A DNA stretch of 62,500 nt, filler included, from Stramenopiles sp. TOSAG23-3 (lineage: Eukaryota), in NCBI GenBank assembly GCA_900128585.1. It is 10 parts of 10 records of this genome, joined end to end, with 100 filler letters (N's around TTAATTAATTAA, not from the genome) between each part and the next. Parts side by side here need not be neighbours in the genome. Positions count along the whole stretch, not along the records: positions 46,713 to 55,937 come from LT642939.1; positions 56,038 to 57,578 come from LT645711.1; positions 57,679 to 59,219 come from LT645712.1; positions 59,320 to 60,860 come from LT645713.1; positions 60,961 to 62,500 come from LT645714.1; 5 more parts are not named here. One strand, written 5' to 3'. Numbering within the stretch: position 1 is the stretch's first letter; each line of letters begins with the position of its first letter. The notes beneath the pieces are model-generated. The model ran no database searches. It saw only the letters and a list, made by a program, of their open reading frames with translations, and was not told the origin of the DNA. Positions 54,413 through 62,500 of the stretch are shown here, in pieces. A program made the position numbers and the translations under genes.

Positions 54413-54821
54413 AAGGCATAAGAGTTAATTCTTATGCAGGAATTGTAAAACGAGGCGCGTGTTTGTTGGCAAATTAAGAAGAGGCGCTTAGGCGAGGCAT
54501 GTAGAAAACAAATTATATAGTATGAAGGCGAGGCATGTAGATAATATAAAGTATTATGCGTGTATTAATTCTTCGCACATTCATTATATTTCGTTTTGAA
54601 ATACCCTATTTATGTTATGTACTTCTTTTGAAATAAAAAAAAGAAAAACACCTTCGTATCATAAGATAAGTCTTGAGGGTAAACGGCCGGGGGAAAGGGT
54701 GAGGATCAAGAGAACATTTTGTGTAAACTCAACACGCCCGAAGTAAGATCATCGGTATTCAATTGTTCGTATTTTAACTGTTTTTGGAATGTGAACTGTT
54801 CAAATATTCCCTTCTCCCCTC

Positions 54822-55571
54822 TCAACTCTCCGGCACAAGATGACACCCCAACAACCCTGGCCCGCCCCAGTCGCTCGAAGGCACGAGGGCAATCCTTTTC
54901 ACAGTGGATCCACGCATGACGATAATTTCTACGGTTTTGTTCTCGTTCTCACGGGCGTAGGCGGCGGTTCGATGGAGGTCTGGAAGGCCGCCAACGCCCT
55001 TTACTACGGTGCCGAATTTGACGATCTTGTCTCCAGGTTTCAACCCAGCCCTGTTGCTCGGAGAATTTGGCGTGACCTCGTGAACTTTGGCGTACGGGTG
55101 CGCCAGCACCTCTGTTTGCTCGTCTTGGGCCTCTTTTTCCTCGTCTTTTGTGCTTGGAGACAATGACAGAGACGCCACGGAGCTCTCAGACGGCTCTGGC
55201 GCGTTCGGCAAGGTTATTTCCGAAAGCGACTGAAAAACTTTATGCAGTTCCTTCAGCATTGCCTCTATTTCCTTCATCTTTCCACTATGGTCCGTCTGCA
55301 AGTGTGCCAAACGGTTTCGTTGAATTCGAATCATGTGAATGTCCATATCCGCCCGGGGAAACCCTTCCTCGTCGACAAGGTTGCCTTTCAGCCCAGGGAT
55401 AGCCCCAGATGGCTGCGGAGACTGTAAAAAGTCCACTATATCCTTTATATCCGATTCCATGGCCTCTCTCGACCGGTTCATTTCAAGAAGCTTCTCCTTT
55501 AGACTTTCCTGTTCCTGCTCAAGAAGACGCAAACGCCCCTCCACCACGGGCTCTGTTGCAAACGTTGCCAT
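54822..55571 (-). CDS. PSMD9: 26S proteasome assembly chaperone p27 / Nas2
   Basis: LVDEEGFPRADMDI..IR..R......TDH; C-terminal PDZ (SPS.RAGL..GD.I..FG); WGGPGLLGC. Confidence 0.95.
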   Translation of the reverse strand: MATFATEPVVEGRLRLLEQEQESLKEKLLEMNRSREAMESDIKDIVDFLQSPQPSGAIPGLKGNLVDEEGFPRADMDIHMIRIQRNRLAHLQTDHSGKMKEIEAMLKELHKVFQSLSEITLPNAPEPSESSVASLSLSPSTKDEEKEAQDEQTEVLAHPYAKVHEVTPNSPSNRAGLKPGDKIVKFGTVVKGVGGLPDLHRTAAYARENENKTVEIIVMRGSTVKRIALVPSSDWGGPGLLGCHLVPES

Positions 55572-56037
55572 TCAATAAGACAAAGTATAATCCACAAAAC
55601 CAATATTGATTTCTTATATCTAAATGTATCTGTTCAAGTCGTTGGTACGGTTAAAAAAGAAATCATTGTCTACGTGCATAATCATTCATTCTTCGTGTTA
55701 TTGTTTAACAGTAGACGACTGTATAATAATATAATTTTTAAACAAAGAAGTCAATAATATATATACTACCAAGAAGTAAAAATTAAAAAACAACAAACAA
55801 CAAAAACAACCACAACAACAACAAAACACAACAAATAATAAAAACAACAGAAAGAAAGACGAAAGAAGAAGAAGAAGAAGATCGATAGATAGAAGAAGAA
55901 GAGGAGAAAAAAGAGAAGAAGAGAAGAAGAAGCAGCANNNNNNNNNNNNNNNNNNNNNNNNNNNNNNNNNNNNNNNNNNNNTTAATTAATTAANNNNNNN
56001 NNNNNNNNNNNNNNNNNNNNNNNNNNNNNNNNNNNNN

Positions 56038-57488
56038 CGCCGCGATGAAGAAAATACGCAGGCTGGTCGCCCGAACGTGCGCCTCGATGCAGGCCGAGCT
56101 GATCTACATCCAGCAGCGGGCCATGGAGATGCCCGCCGACCAGAACAAAGGCTTTCACCTGATCGGGTTCGACATCATGCTCGACGCGGCCCTCCAGCCG
56201 TACCTGCTCGAAGTCAACGCCCACCCGTCGATGCGCACGGACTTTGCCCCCACGAGCGACCCGGCCGTGCTGATCCCGTCCCCCATCGACGAGTTCATCA
56301 AGCACAAAGTCGTGGACGGCGCGCTGCAGGTCCTGGCGAACGCGACGGAGAAAAAGAGACGAAAGCTTCGGGCAAAGCAGCAGGGGCCCCAAAAGCCGGA
56401 AGGGGGGGGGCGACAAGCCGCCGGCGGCGGGCAAGGGGGCGAGGGCAAGCCCCGGGGGCGGCCCGCTGGACGAGCCGGGCGAGCTGTACTACTACGAAAA
56501 GGTCAAGTTCGACAGCACCTCGATGACGATGATCCGGGTGGGCAAGCAGATGCTCAACCTGTTCGGGAGCCTCCGGAACCGTTCGCTGTCCTCGGACCTC
56601 GACAAGCAAGGGTTCTGCCGTTTCTTCCAAATGGTCGCCCTGCTCAAGCCGAAGCGGGCCGCCGGGGAGGAGGCGAAGGAGACTGCGACACTCCCCCCGG
56701 AGAAGGGGGGCGGCCCCGTCCCCCGGGCCCGCCCGGTGTCCATCCCTGCCGGGCTGACGAGCGTAAAGCTGGCGCAACTGTTCGACCAGATTACCCTTGG
56801 GAAGCGCCCGCCCGGCAGACGCCCGACGCCTGGCACGACGGCGAAGAAGCGCGGCGGCGACTCGCCCCGGAAGGACGCGAGCCCTGGGAAGGGCGACTCC
56901 CTCTTCCGGGAAGCCTTCCCTTCGCCCGCCCCAATGCACGCGCCCCCCAAGCCGAACGCGGGCCTGATGGCCTTCCCCGACTTTTGCCGGGCCCTGTTCG
57001 AGATCGCCCTGCTGGCCGCGTCGAAGAAAGGCTGGAGCAAGCTGGAGGCCGTGCAGCACCTGCTGACGAAGATCGAGACGCGCGCGAAGAAGGCGGAGGA
57101 CACCGTGAGCCGCGGCACCCCGGGGGGCGCGCGAAAGAAGCACAAGGTACGGTCCCACTCGATGGGGCACCTGTTTTCCATCCAGCAGCGAGTGGACGAG
57201 GAGAAACTGCGGCGCCGGTTGGAGAAAGAGCAGCTGAAGCGGAAGGCGGAGGCGCGGAAGCGGAGCATGGAGAAGGGGAAGATCGCGTTTCGCCGGGTCC
57301 AGCGGGAAAAGAAGAAGAAGCGAGAGGAAGCTTTGGCGAAAGAGCAGGCGTTCTTGGACATGGTCGAGTCGGAACGGGCAAAGCAGCGGAGGCAGAGCGA
57401 CGCGAGCGACTGGATCCGAAAGATGAAGAGCACGAAGGGCCCGCCCGCGGTCGACGCCAGCGACACCCCAAAGCTGCCGACTATTTAA
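56038..57488 (+). CDS. TTLL11: Tubulin polyglutamylase TTLL11-like, 5'-truncated; frameshift in the G9 run at 56402-56410
   Basis: GFHLIGFDIMLD...PYLLEVNAHPSM (TTL ATP-grasp end). Deleting one G joins the frame of ORF 56523-57488, whose GFCRFF / LF..I / MAFPDFCRALFEIA pattern resembles the TTLL11 C-terminal region. Confidence 0.7.
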
Positions 57489-57490
57489 TA

Positions 57491-57570
57491 ACACAAGAAA
57501 AATTGGCTGTTATTTTATAGTACATAATTAAAATTAAAGAGAAAAAAAGAAGGTGCCAGTTCAAGAACAA
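57491..57570 (-). promoter_or_regulatory. Elements B and A in tandem on the minus strand
   Basis: Minus strand: GTTCTTGAACTGGCACCTTCTTTTTTT...AATTTTAATTA...AATAACAGCCAATTTTTCTTG. Confidence 0.55.
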
Positions 57571-57678
57571 TGTATGATNNNNNNNNNNNNNNNNNNNNNN
57601 NNNNNNNNNNNNNNNNNNNNNNTTAATTAATTAANNNNNNNNNNNNNNNNNNNNNNNNNNNNNNNNNNNNNNNNNNNN

Positions 57679-58441
57679 CCCGGCGAACTTGCGACCTCAG
57701 AAAAAGGGTCCTCGTGGCGCTCTAAAAAGTGCAAAACGGAGGTCAAGGAAGGAACGGCCAGAGTCGTCGCCTGCAATTTCTCCGGGCAGGCGTTCCCCAT
57801 TCAAAACGAAACGAGGAAAATCAAAGCGGCGAAAACGGAAACGAAAAGCGAGGTCTGCAAAACGAGCGATTCGAGTCCCAAGTATTGAAACTGCGCCCCC
57901 GAACATTGTAGTAGAGAGTAACTCGATTTCAGAAGAAATATTAGGGTCGTACAACAGTCCGATCAGGGTGAAGCCCATCTCGAGCAACCATGCCGTAGGC
58001 ATCCGGCCTGGAACTTCCCTAGGGTTAGAGCGCATACGGACCGAACGGCCTGGAAACATGCCCTCCGAACCGTTTTCCAACAGTCTCCGACCTGGGACGG
58101 CACCAATGAAACTGGACGACCCAAAAAAGCGACGGCCACGCTCATCCCGGCCCCGTTCCCAACAACAAAATAGACGTAACCGTGCCCAGTCGGCTGTTCG
58201 GCGCATCCGGCGTTTTCCACCATCGCGCGATGCATCGCTGCCTCCTCGCCCCGGATCGGTTGGGAATGTGTCCCCAATCCGGGACAGGAGCCATGTTCGC
58301 ACGCCCTCTTCCGGCAGACGAAGCAGGAATTCCTCCCGTGGAGAAAAGCGTACGGTAACCACTCCTTCGAAATATGCACGCCCTACGACGGCTCCAATTT
58401 GGAGAGTCGATGGTAACGCCGGGAGAGGTGGGCTTGCTTAA
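57679..58441 (+). CDS. Arg/Ser/Pro-rich disordered C-terminal gene fragment
   Basis: Open frame from the contig start to TAA, followed by an AT-rich flank; RPGTS / RPGTA / RPTTA motifs. Confidence 0.6.
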
Positions 58442-59638
58442 ACATAAAAACACCCTTACTATACCGGGGTATATTTTAGTATTATAATATATAGATAGAG
58501 GAGTATAGTTAGAGTATACGAAATACGAATTTTAGAAAGAAAGAAAAAAGGGTTAGCTCATCATTTCCTTCTCACTTCTCACTTCTCACTCACTACTTAT
58601 TATTGTTGAAACATGAAACATTCAAACTAAAAAAAGGGATGGATAAAAATAACACAAACTTTTTAGAGAGATTACTTCGCGTCAAGAAAAGATCATATCA
58701 GCTCGCCCAAACGCAAAAAAGGGACACGGTACAATAATGGGACGACCATGATAAAGCAGGTAATAGAGGAAGTGGAAGCACATGCGAGGACGGGGACGAT
58801 CCCCGCCGTTGACATGGTTTTTTTTGCTGCTCCGAGTGGATGTTGCTATTTTGCAGAAATCGTGGTTTAGGAACGCACTAGACAAAGTAACGAAGAGAAT
58901 ATGTTCTAGACCAATAGAATTGTTTAGCAAACGAAAACGTTTGCTGTGTATAAACGATTTAAAGGGTGCACGAAACAATACACAGGGACGTACAATACTT
59001 GTTTTTTTGTCTCAAAAGATAAAGGAAATTGAAAAGTCCATACAGACGAGCGCCAAACTCAAGCTCAAAAACTGTAGCACGGAGGAAGACGTTGCCGAAC
59101 CGCCGCGAAAGAAACGTCGTTCTTGACATGGTGACACATTTGTCTCGTTGTCGAAGAGTCTTGTCTGGAAGCGCAGTGCGTCGTTCTACAAGCGCGAAGG
59201 AATGCAGGCTTGGGACAAGNNNNNNNNNNNNNNNNNNNNNNNNNNNNNNNNNNNNNNNNNNNNTTAATTAATTAANNNNNNNNNNNNNNNNNNNNNNNNN
59301 NNNNNNNNNNNNNNNNNNNGGCCCACCTTGCACTCAAGTGCTCAAAAAAAAATTTTATAAACGATCAAATGAAGACTTACGAACCAAAACAACGGTCAGC
59401 TCCAAAGTATGTTGTAAAGACTAAGATGCAACAACTCACCCGTCTCTACTGTAGGGATAAACGAACCTACCGAAATCAGCACCTTTGACTCATATAATGA
59501 GCGGCGTGATGTCTCTGGTTACTCAACTTCACCAGGAAAAATAGATACTTGACTATTGACGCCGTCCCAACGCGGGGTACGGCCCAGAGAATTACGTGGT
59601 AGGAGAGGTCGGAGGCTCCGAAGAGCTCGTTCGTCACT

Positions 59639-60773
59639 CTATGTCCCACTACTCCTGCGTGTAACGTTCGAGAACGAATACGCTGCGCCCTTCATTTCTG
59701 CCTTGATGGCTCGAAGGACCTGTGGTTGAGAAACCTTATACGTCGTTCGTAAGGATTTTGTCTGACTGCTTTTGGCACTACAATTCAAATCGTTCTGAGA
59801 AAGGCCTAACATCCGATTAATATTAGACAACAGAGCAACTGCTTTTGCCGAACCTTGCAACTGACGAATCCCATTACGAATCGCCGCACTGAATGATGGG
59901 TCCACCAACGGTGGAGGGTCAGCTTCTGCTGTTCTACGATAGTATTTTCGGAACGTGGAGATCGAATCCCACATGCCTTGCTCGCAAACCCTCACATCGT
60001 TTACACCCGCGGAACTCGCTTTTGAAGAGGACATATGGCGTGCCTCGCTCGAGTGCGACGTCGCTATTGCGAACAAAAGAAAATCGATCAATTTCTCGGT
60101 AGCTATCCGTCGTCAGCTTTTTAGAGGAAGGCAACGGACGGACATACGCCATGCCGGCATTGTCGTCTTCTGAATTAGCCTTCTTCGATTTTTTTGCTAG
60201 TGCCGTCACAAGGTCTTTCTCATTTTGGAGGAATCCAAACTTTGCAAACGCCACTATCCGTTTTGACCAGCTATATGTAGCATTGGTGGGGACTGCCGAG
60301 TCGTCAACCCACGTCACGTCCCTCGTGATCGCCCGCAATTGTAGTTCACGGCTGGACGAGTCGTCGTCCCACCGGTCGCCTCGCGATTTCACTACCTCGT
60401 CGGCACTATCGTAGTCGCTGTCGAGATCTTCGTCCTCCAGAGATGGGGACGGAGAAGAAGAATGCTCGTCTGATGAGGAGCGCTTCCTTTTCTTCATAGC
60501 TTGGGCAATGGACGAGAATCCGGCTTGGAGACTTGCGAGTAAATCGTTTGCGCTTGATTGCGCATGGACTCCTGCTGCGGGGTCCGCCGCGGGTTCCGCC
60601 GCGGGGTCCGCCGCGGGGTCCGCCGCGGGGTCCGCCGCGGGGTCCGCCGCGGGGTACGCCGCGGGGTCCGCCGCGGGGTCAGCATCGGAGCTGTTCCCAT
60701 CACTCTCCGAACTGGAAAGTAATTTTGACTTTCTCTTCCGTCTCTTCTTAGGCATGATTATTCTATAGAGCAA
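59639..60773 (-). pseudogene. Unknown gene with (ADPA)n repeat, probably frameshifted near 60090
   Basis: ORF 59934-60773 joins ORF 59639-60091 by deleting one A (DSYRE|LIDFLLFAI); coding-like sequence continues past the stop. Confidence 0.4.
60577..60680. repeat. 12-bp minisatellite GCGGGGTCCGCC x ~8.7
   Basis: Direct tandem units with two single-base variants; encodes ADPA on the minus strand. Confidence 0.95.
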
Positions 60774-61110
60774 AGTGTGTAGCTCAAAGGATAATGAGTA
60801 GAGACGACAAATTGTGGGTGGTACTAAGGTTTTTTGAAACTTTAGTACAATAACCGTTGANNNNNNNNNNNNNNNNNNNNNNNNNNNNNNNNNNNNNNNN
60901 NNNNTTAATTAATTAANNNNNNNNNNNNNNNNNNNNNNNNNNNNNNNNNNNNNNNNNNNNCACGCTTACAGAGAGGTACCAATGTAGTTTTTTAACTAGA
61001 ACACTGTACACAATAACTGTTCTTTAAGAAAAGAGAGTGCATGCGACGACGAAGCCATTTAGTTCACGACACTTACATTTATAATCCCAAATCAACACCA
61101 CACCCACGTC

Positions 61111-62184
61111 ATGACCAAGACTAGCACCCTTGCCGCCGTCGCCCTCGCCACACTCGTCGCGACCGCGACTGTCGCCGACGCGGCTCAATTCAACTTTGAG
61201 GTTGTGAAGAGTACTGAGGCCGCTGTGCGGAACTTCATGAAGATCCCCGCTGCCATCAACCGACTGTCCTCAAACGGTCATAAATTCGGTGCCCTCAAAC
61301 TCTCCAACTTGCCGGCGTACCGTCTGGACCAGTTCACCAAGATCGTCTCCTACGAGACTGCGGACATGGTCTACGTGGGCTTCGAGGACGGCCTCTTCGG
61401 CGGGTACATCCGGAAACCAAATTCCTACGACTACACGGACTCTCCTGTACGCCCCATCAACTCACCAATCAAATACGCGCGCAAGCACTACGCAGTGAAC
61501 GCCAACACGGGCGCAGTCGAGTGGAATAAAATCACGCGAAACAGAACGTACGATCATCGAAACCGCACCTGGTACCAGGAAGCGATGGCCGCCAAAGGAA
61601 AGTCGATTTGGTCGACATTATACCCTTTCGACTCCACCGGTACGGTCGGCCTCTCACACTGTACACCCGTCACCGACGCCGGGGGCCAGAAGGGCGTCCT
61701 CGCGGTGGACTACACCCTGAGTACCATAAACACCTTCCTCGTGAACGCGCACAAGAACACGGATCGCGTCGTCTTCCTCGTGGAGCACAAGACGAAAAAA
61801 CTGGTTGCATCCTCAACCGGAACCACCGGAGACTTGCTGAAGAAGGCTGCCGATTCTGAGAACAAGGTGATCATGAGCGTCGCCAAGTACCTCGACAAGG
61901 AGGGCTGGAAGGAAACGGGCGAAGATACAATTGTGAAACACGACGGCCATGCCTTCCAGGTCATGAAGTACGAAGACCTCACACTTGACTGGGACATTGT
62001 CGTCGCCATGCCTTTGGATAAGATCTCGAGTATTTGCGGCGAATTTGATGTTGCCATCCTGGTTATCGGGATCCTAACGCTCCTCGGCGTCCTGGCCGTG
62101 TTGGGAATGGGAATGATGTCAAAAAACCAGCGAACGAGGCAGTCCAACGCTAACCCCATGATCGCCATGACAAACAAGGCGTAA
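61111..62184 (+). CDS. Single-pass membrane protein with extracellular dCache_1 domain and very short cytoplasmic tail
   Basis: Signal peptide; VYVGFEDG.F.GY, YDHRNRTWYQEA, WSTLY, GVLAVDYTL..IN.FL, DWDIVVAMP; TM VAILVIGILTLLGVLAVLGM; ~25-aa tail. Confidence 0.85.
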   Translation: MTKTSTLAAVALATLVATATVADAAQFNFEVVKSTEAAVRNFMKIPAAINRLSSNGHKFGALKLSNLPAYRLDQFTKIVSYETADMVYVGFEDGLFGGYIRKPNSYDYTDSPVRPINSPIKYARKHYAVNANTGAVEWNKITRNRTYDHRNRTWYQEAMAAKGKSIWSTLYPFDSTGTVGLSHCTPVTDAGGQKGVLAVDYTLSTINTFLVNAHKNTDRVVFLVEHKTKKLVASSTGTTGDLLKKAADSENKVIMSVAKYLDKEGWKETGEDTIVKHDGHAFQVMKYEDLTLDWDIVVAMPLDKISSICGEFDVAILVIGILTLLGVLAVLGMGMMSKNQRTRQSNANPMIAMTNKA

Positions 62185-62248
62185 AGGAGGCCTAAAAGAA
62201 TGGCCCATACCAGTAATTTGTGTTTTCAAAATTGAGGAGAGTAAATAT

Positions 62249-62338
62249 GGAGGAGTTTGGGTTCTTGAACGGTTTTACCTTCTTTTTTCTTTTCTTTTTT
62301 GACTTAAAACATACTATTATTAATATATAATTTGTTTT
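62249..62338 (+). repeat. Conserved 3'-flank element B (copy 2)
   Basis: GGAGGAGTTTGGGTTCTTGAACGGTTTTACCTTCTTTTTT...TTAAAACATACTAT...ATAATTTGTTTT. Confidence 0.75.
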
Positions 62339-62421
62339 GATAATTAGTTTTTTTTTTATAATTTGTTTTGAATGATATGTAAGAGTGAGATCCTGAATCT
62401 CGTGGCCTACGAATGAAGTTT

Positions 62422-62500
62422 AATTAAGCCGCTGCTTGGAAGATCGTACAAGGATTGATTTATCTCTGAGTGAGATATCGGATGAGGACGTTAATGGACA
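62422..62500 (+). repeat. Dispersed repeat, copy 2 (runs to window end)
   Basis: 74/79 identical to 46518-46596. Confidence 0.9.

Noticed and set aside
54490-54541. 16-bp direct repeat AGGCGAGGCATGTAGA with 20-nt spacer
   Set aside because: Only two copies, too short, no cas genes and a eukaryotic context; not CRISPR.
56400-57520. C-terminal part of the 491-aa ORF 56045-57520 and the overlapping minus-strand ORFs
   Set aside because: Off-frame translations of GC-rich DNA after the homopolymer frameshift; the true frame is that of 56523-57488.
58639-59126. Short ORFs including a 114-aa ORF ending PPRKKRRS
   Set aside because: Fragmented across frames with no recognisable family; possibly a decayed gene but not supportable as a feature.
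60577-60680. 12-bp GC-rich tandem array as possible CRISPR or iteron
   Set aside because: No spacers; it is an in-frame coding minisatellite.

Overview
This is eukaryotic DNA from a gene-dense, almost intron-free protist, probably a flagellated heterotroph. A stramenopile-like lineage is only an inference. Genes are moderately to highly GC-rich and are separated by AT-rich, microsatellite-rich spacers. The window is not one locus. It is about 10 contigs joined by artificial 100-nt spacers (44 N + TTAATTAATTAA + 44 N), plus one plain N gap, so adjacency across spacers means nothing. Recognisable genes: PH-domain protein, ATIC/PurH, three SDRs (including HSD17B10-like and an intron-containing PECR-like), a secreted GxGYxYP protein, DPH3, PP1 inhibitor-2, TRAPPC12-like, GPR180/TMEM145-like, GRP94/HSP90B1, an RNI-like LRR protein, a DUF285/BspA-type surface protein, an IQM-like protein, PSMD9, TTLL11-like and several coiled-coil proteins. 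No rRNA, tRNA, CRISPR or recognisable transposase was seen. Most notable observations: (1) a conserved element (core AACAGCCAATTTT) in sense orientation 172-219 nt downstream of five unrelated stop codons, plus a second shared 3'-flank element; (2) a secretory p23/CS-domain + PDI-like fusion with an ER-retention-like tail; (3) a stand-alone dCache_1 receptor with a complete amino-acid-binding motif but no output domain; (4) an IQ/coiled-coil/receiver-domain protein; (5) an unnamed ~180-aa repeat domain shared by two EF-hand/Pro-rich paralogues; (6) a >2000-aa protein with a CE-clan-like H-N-Q-C protease signature. Three genes carry one extra base in a G/C homopolymer, most likely sequencing error. 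All family calls come from motif recognition by eye; no searches were run.
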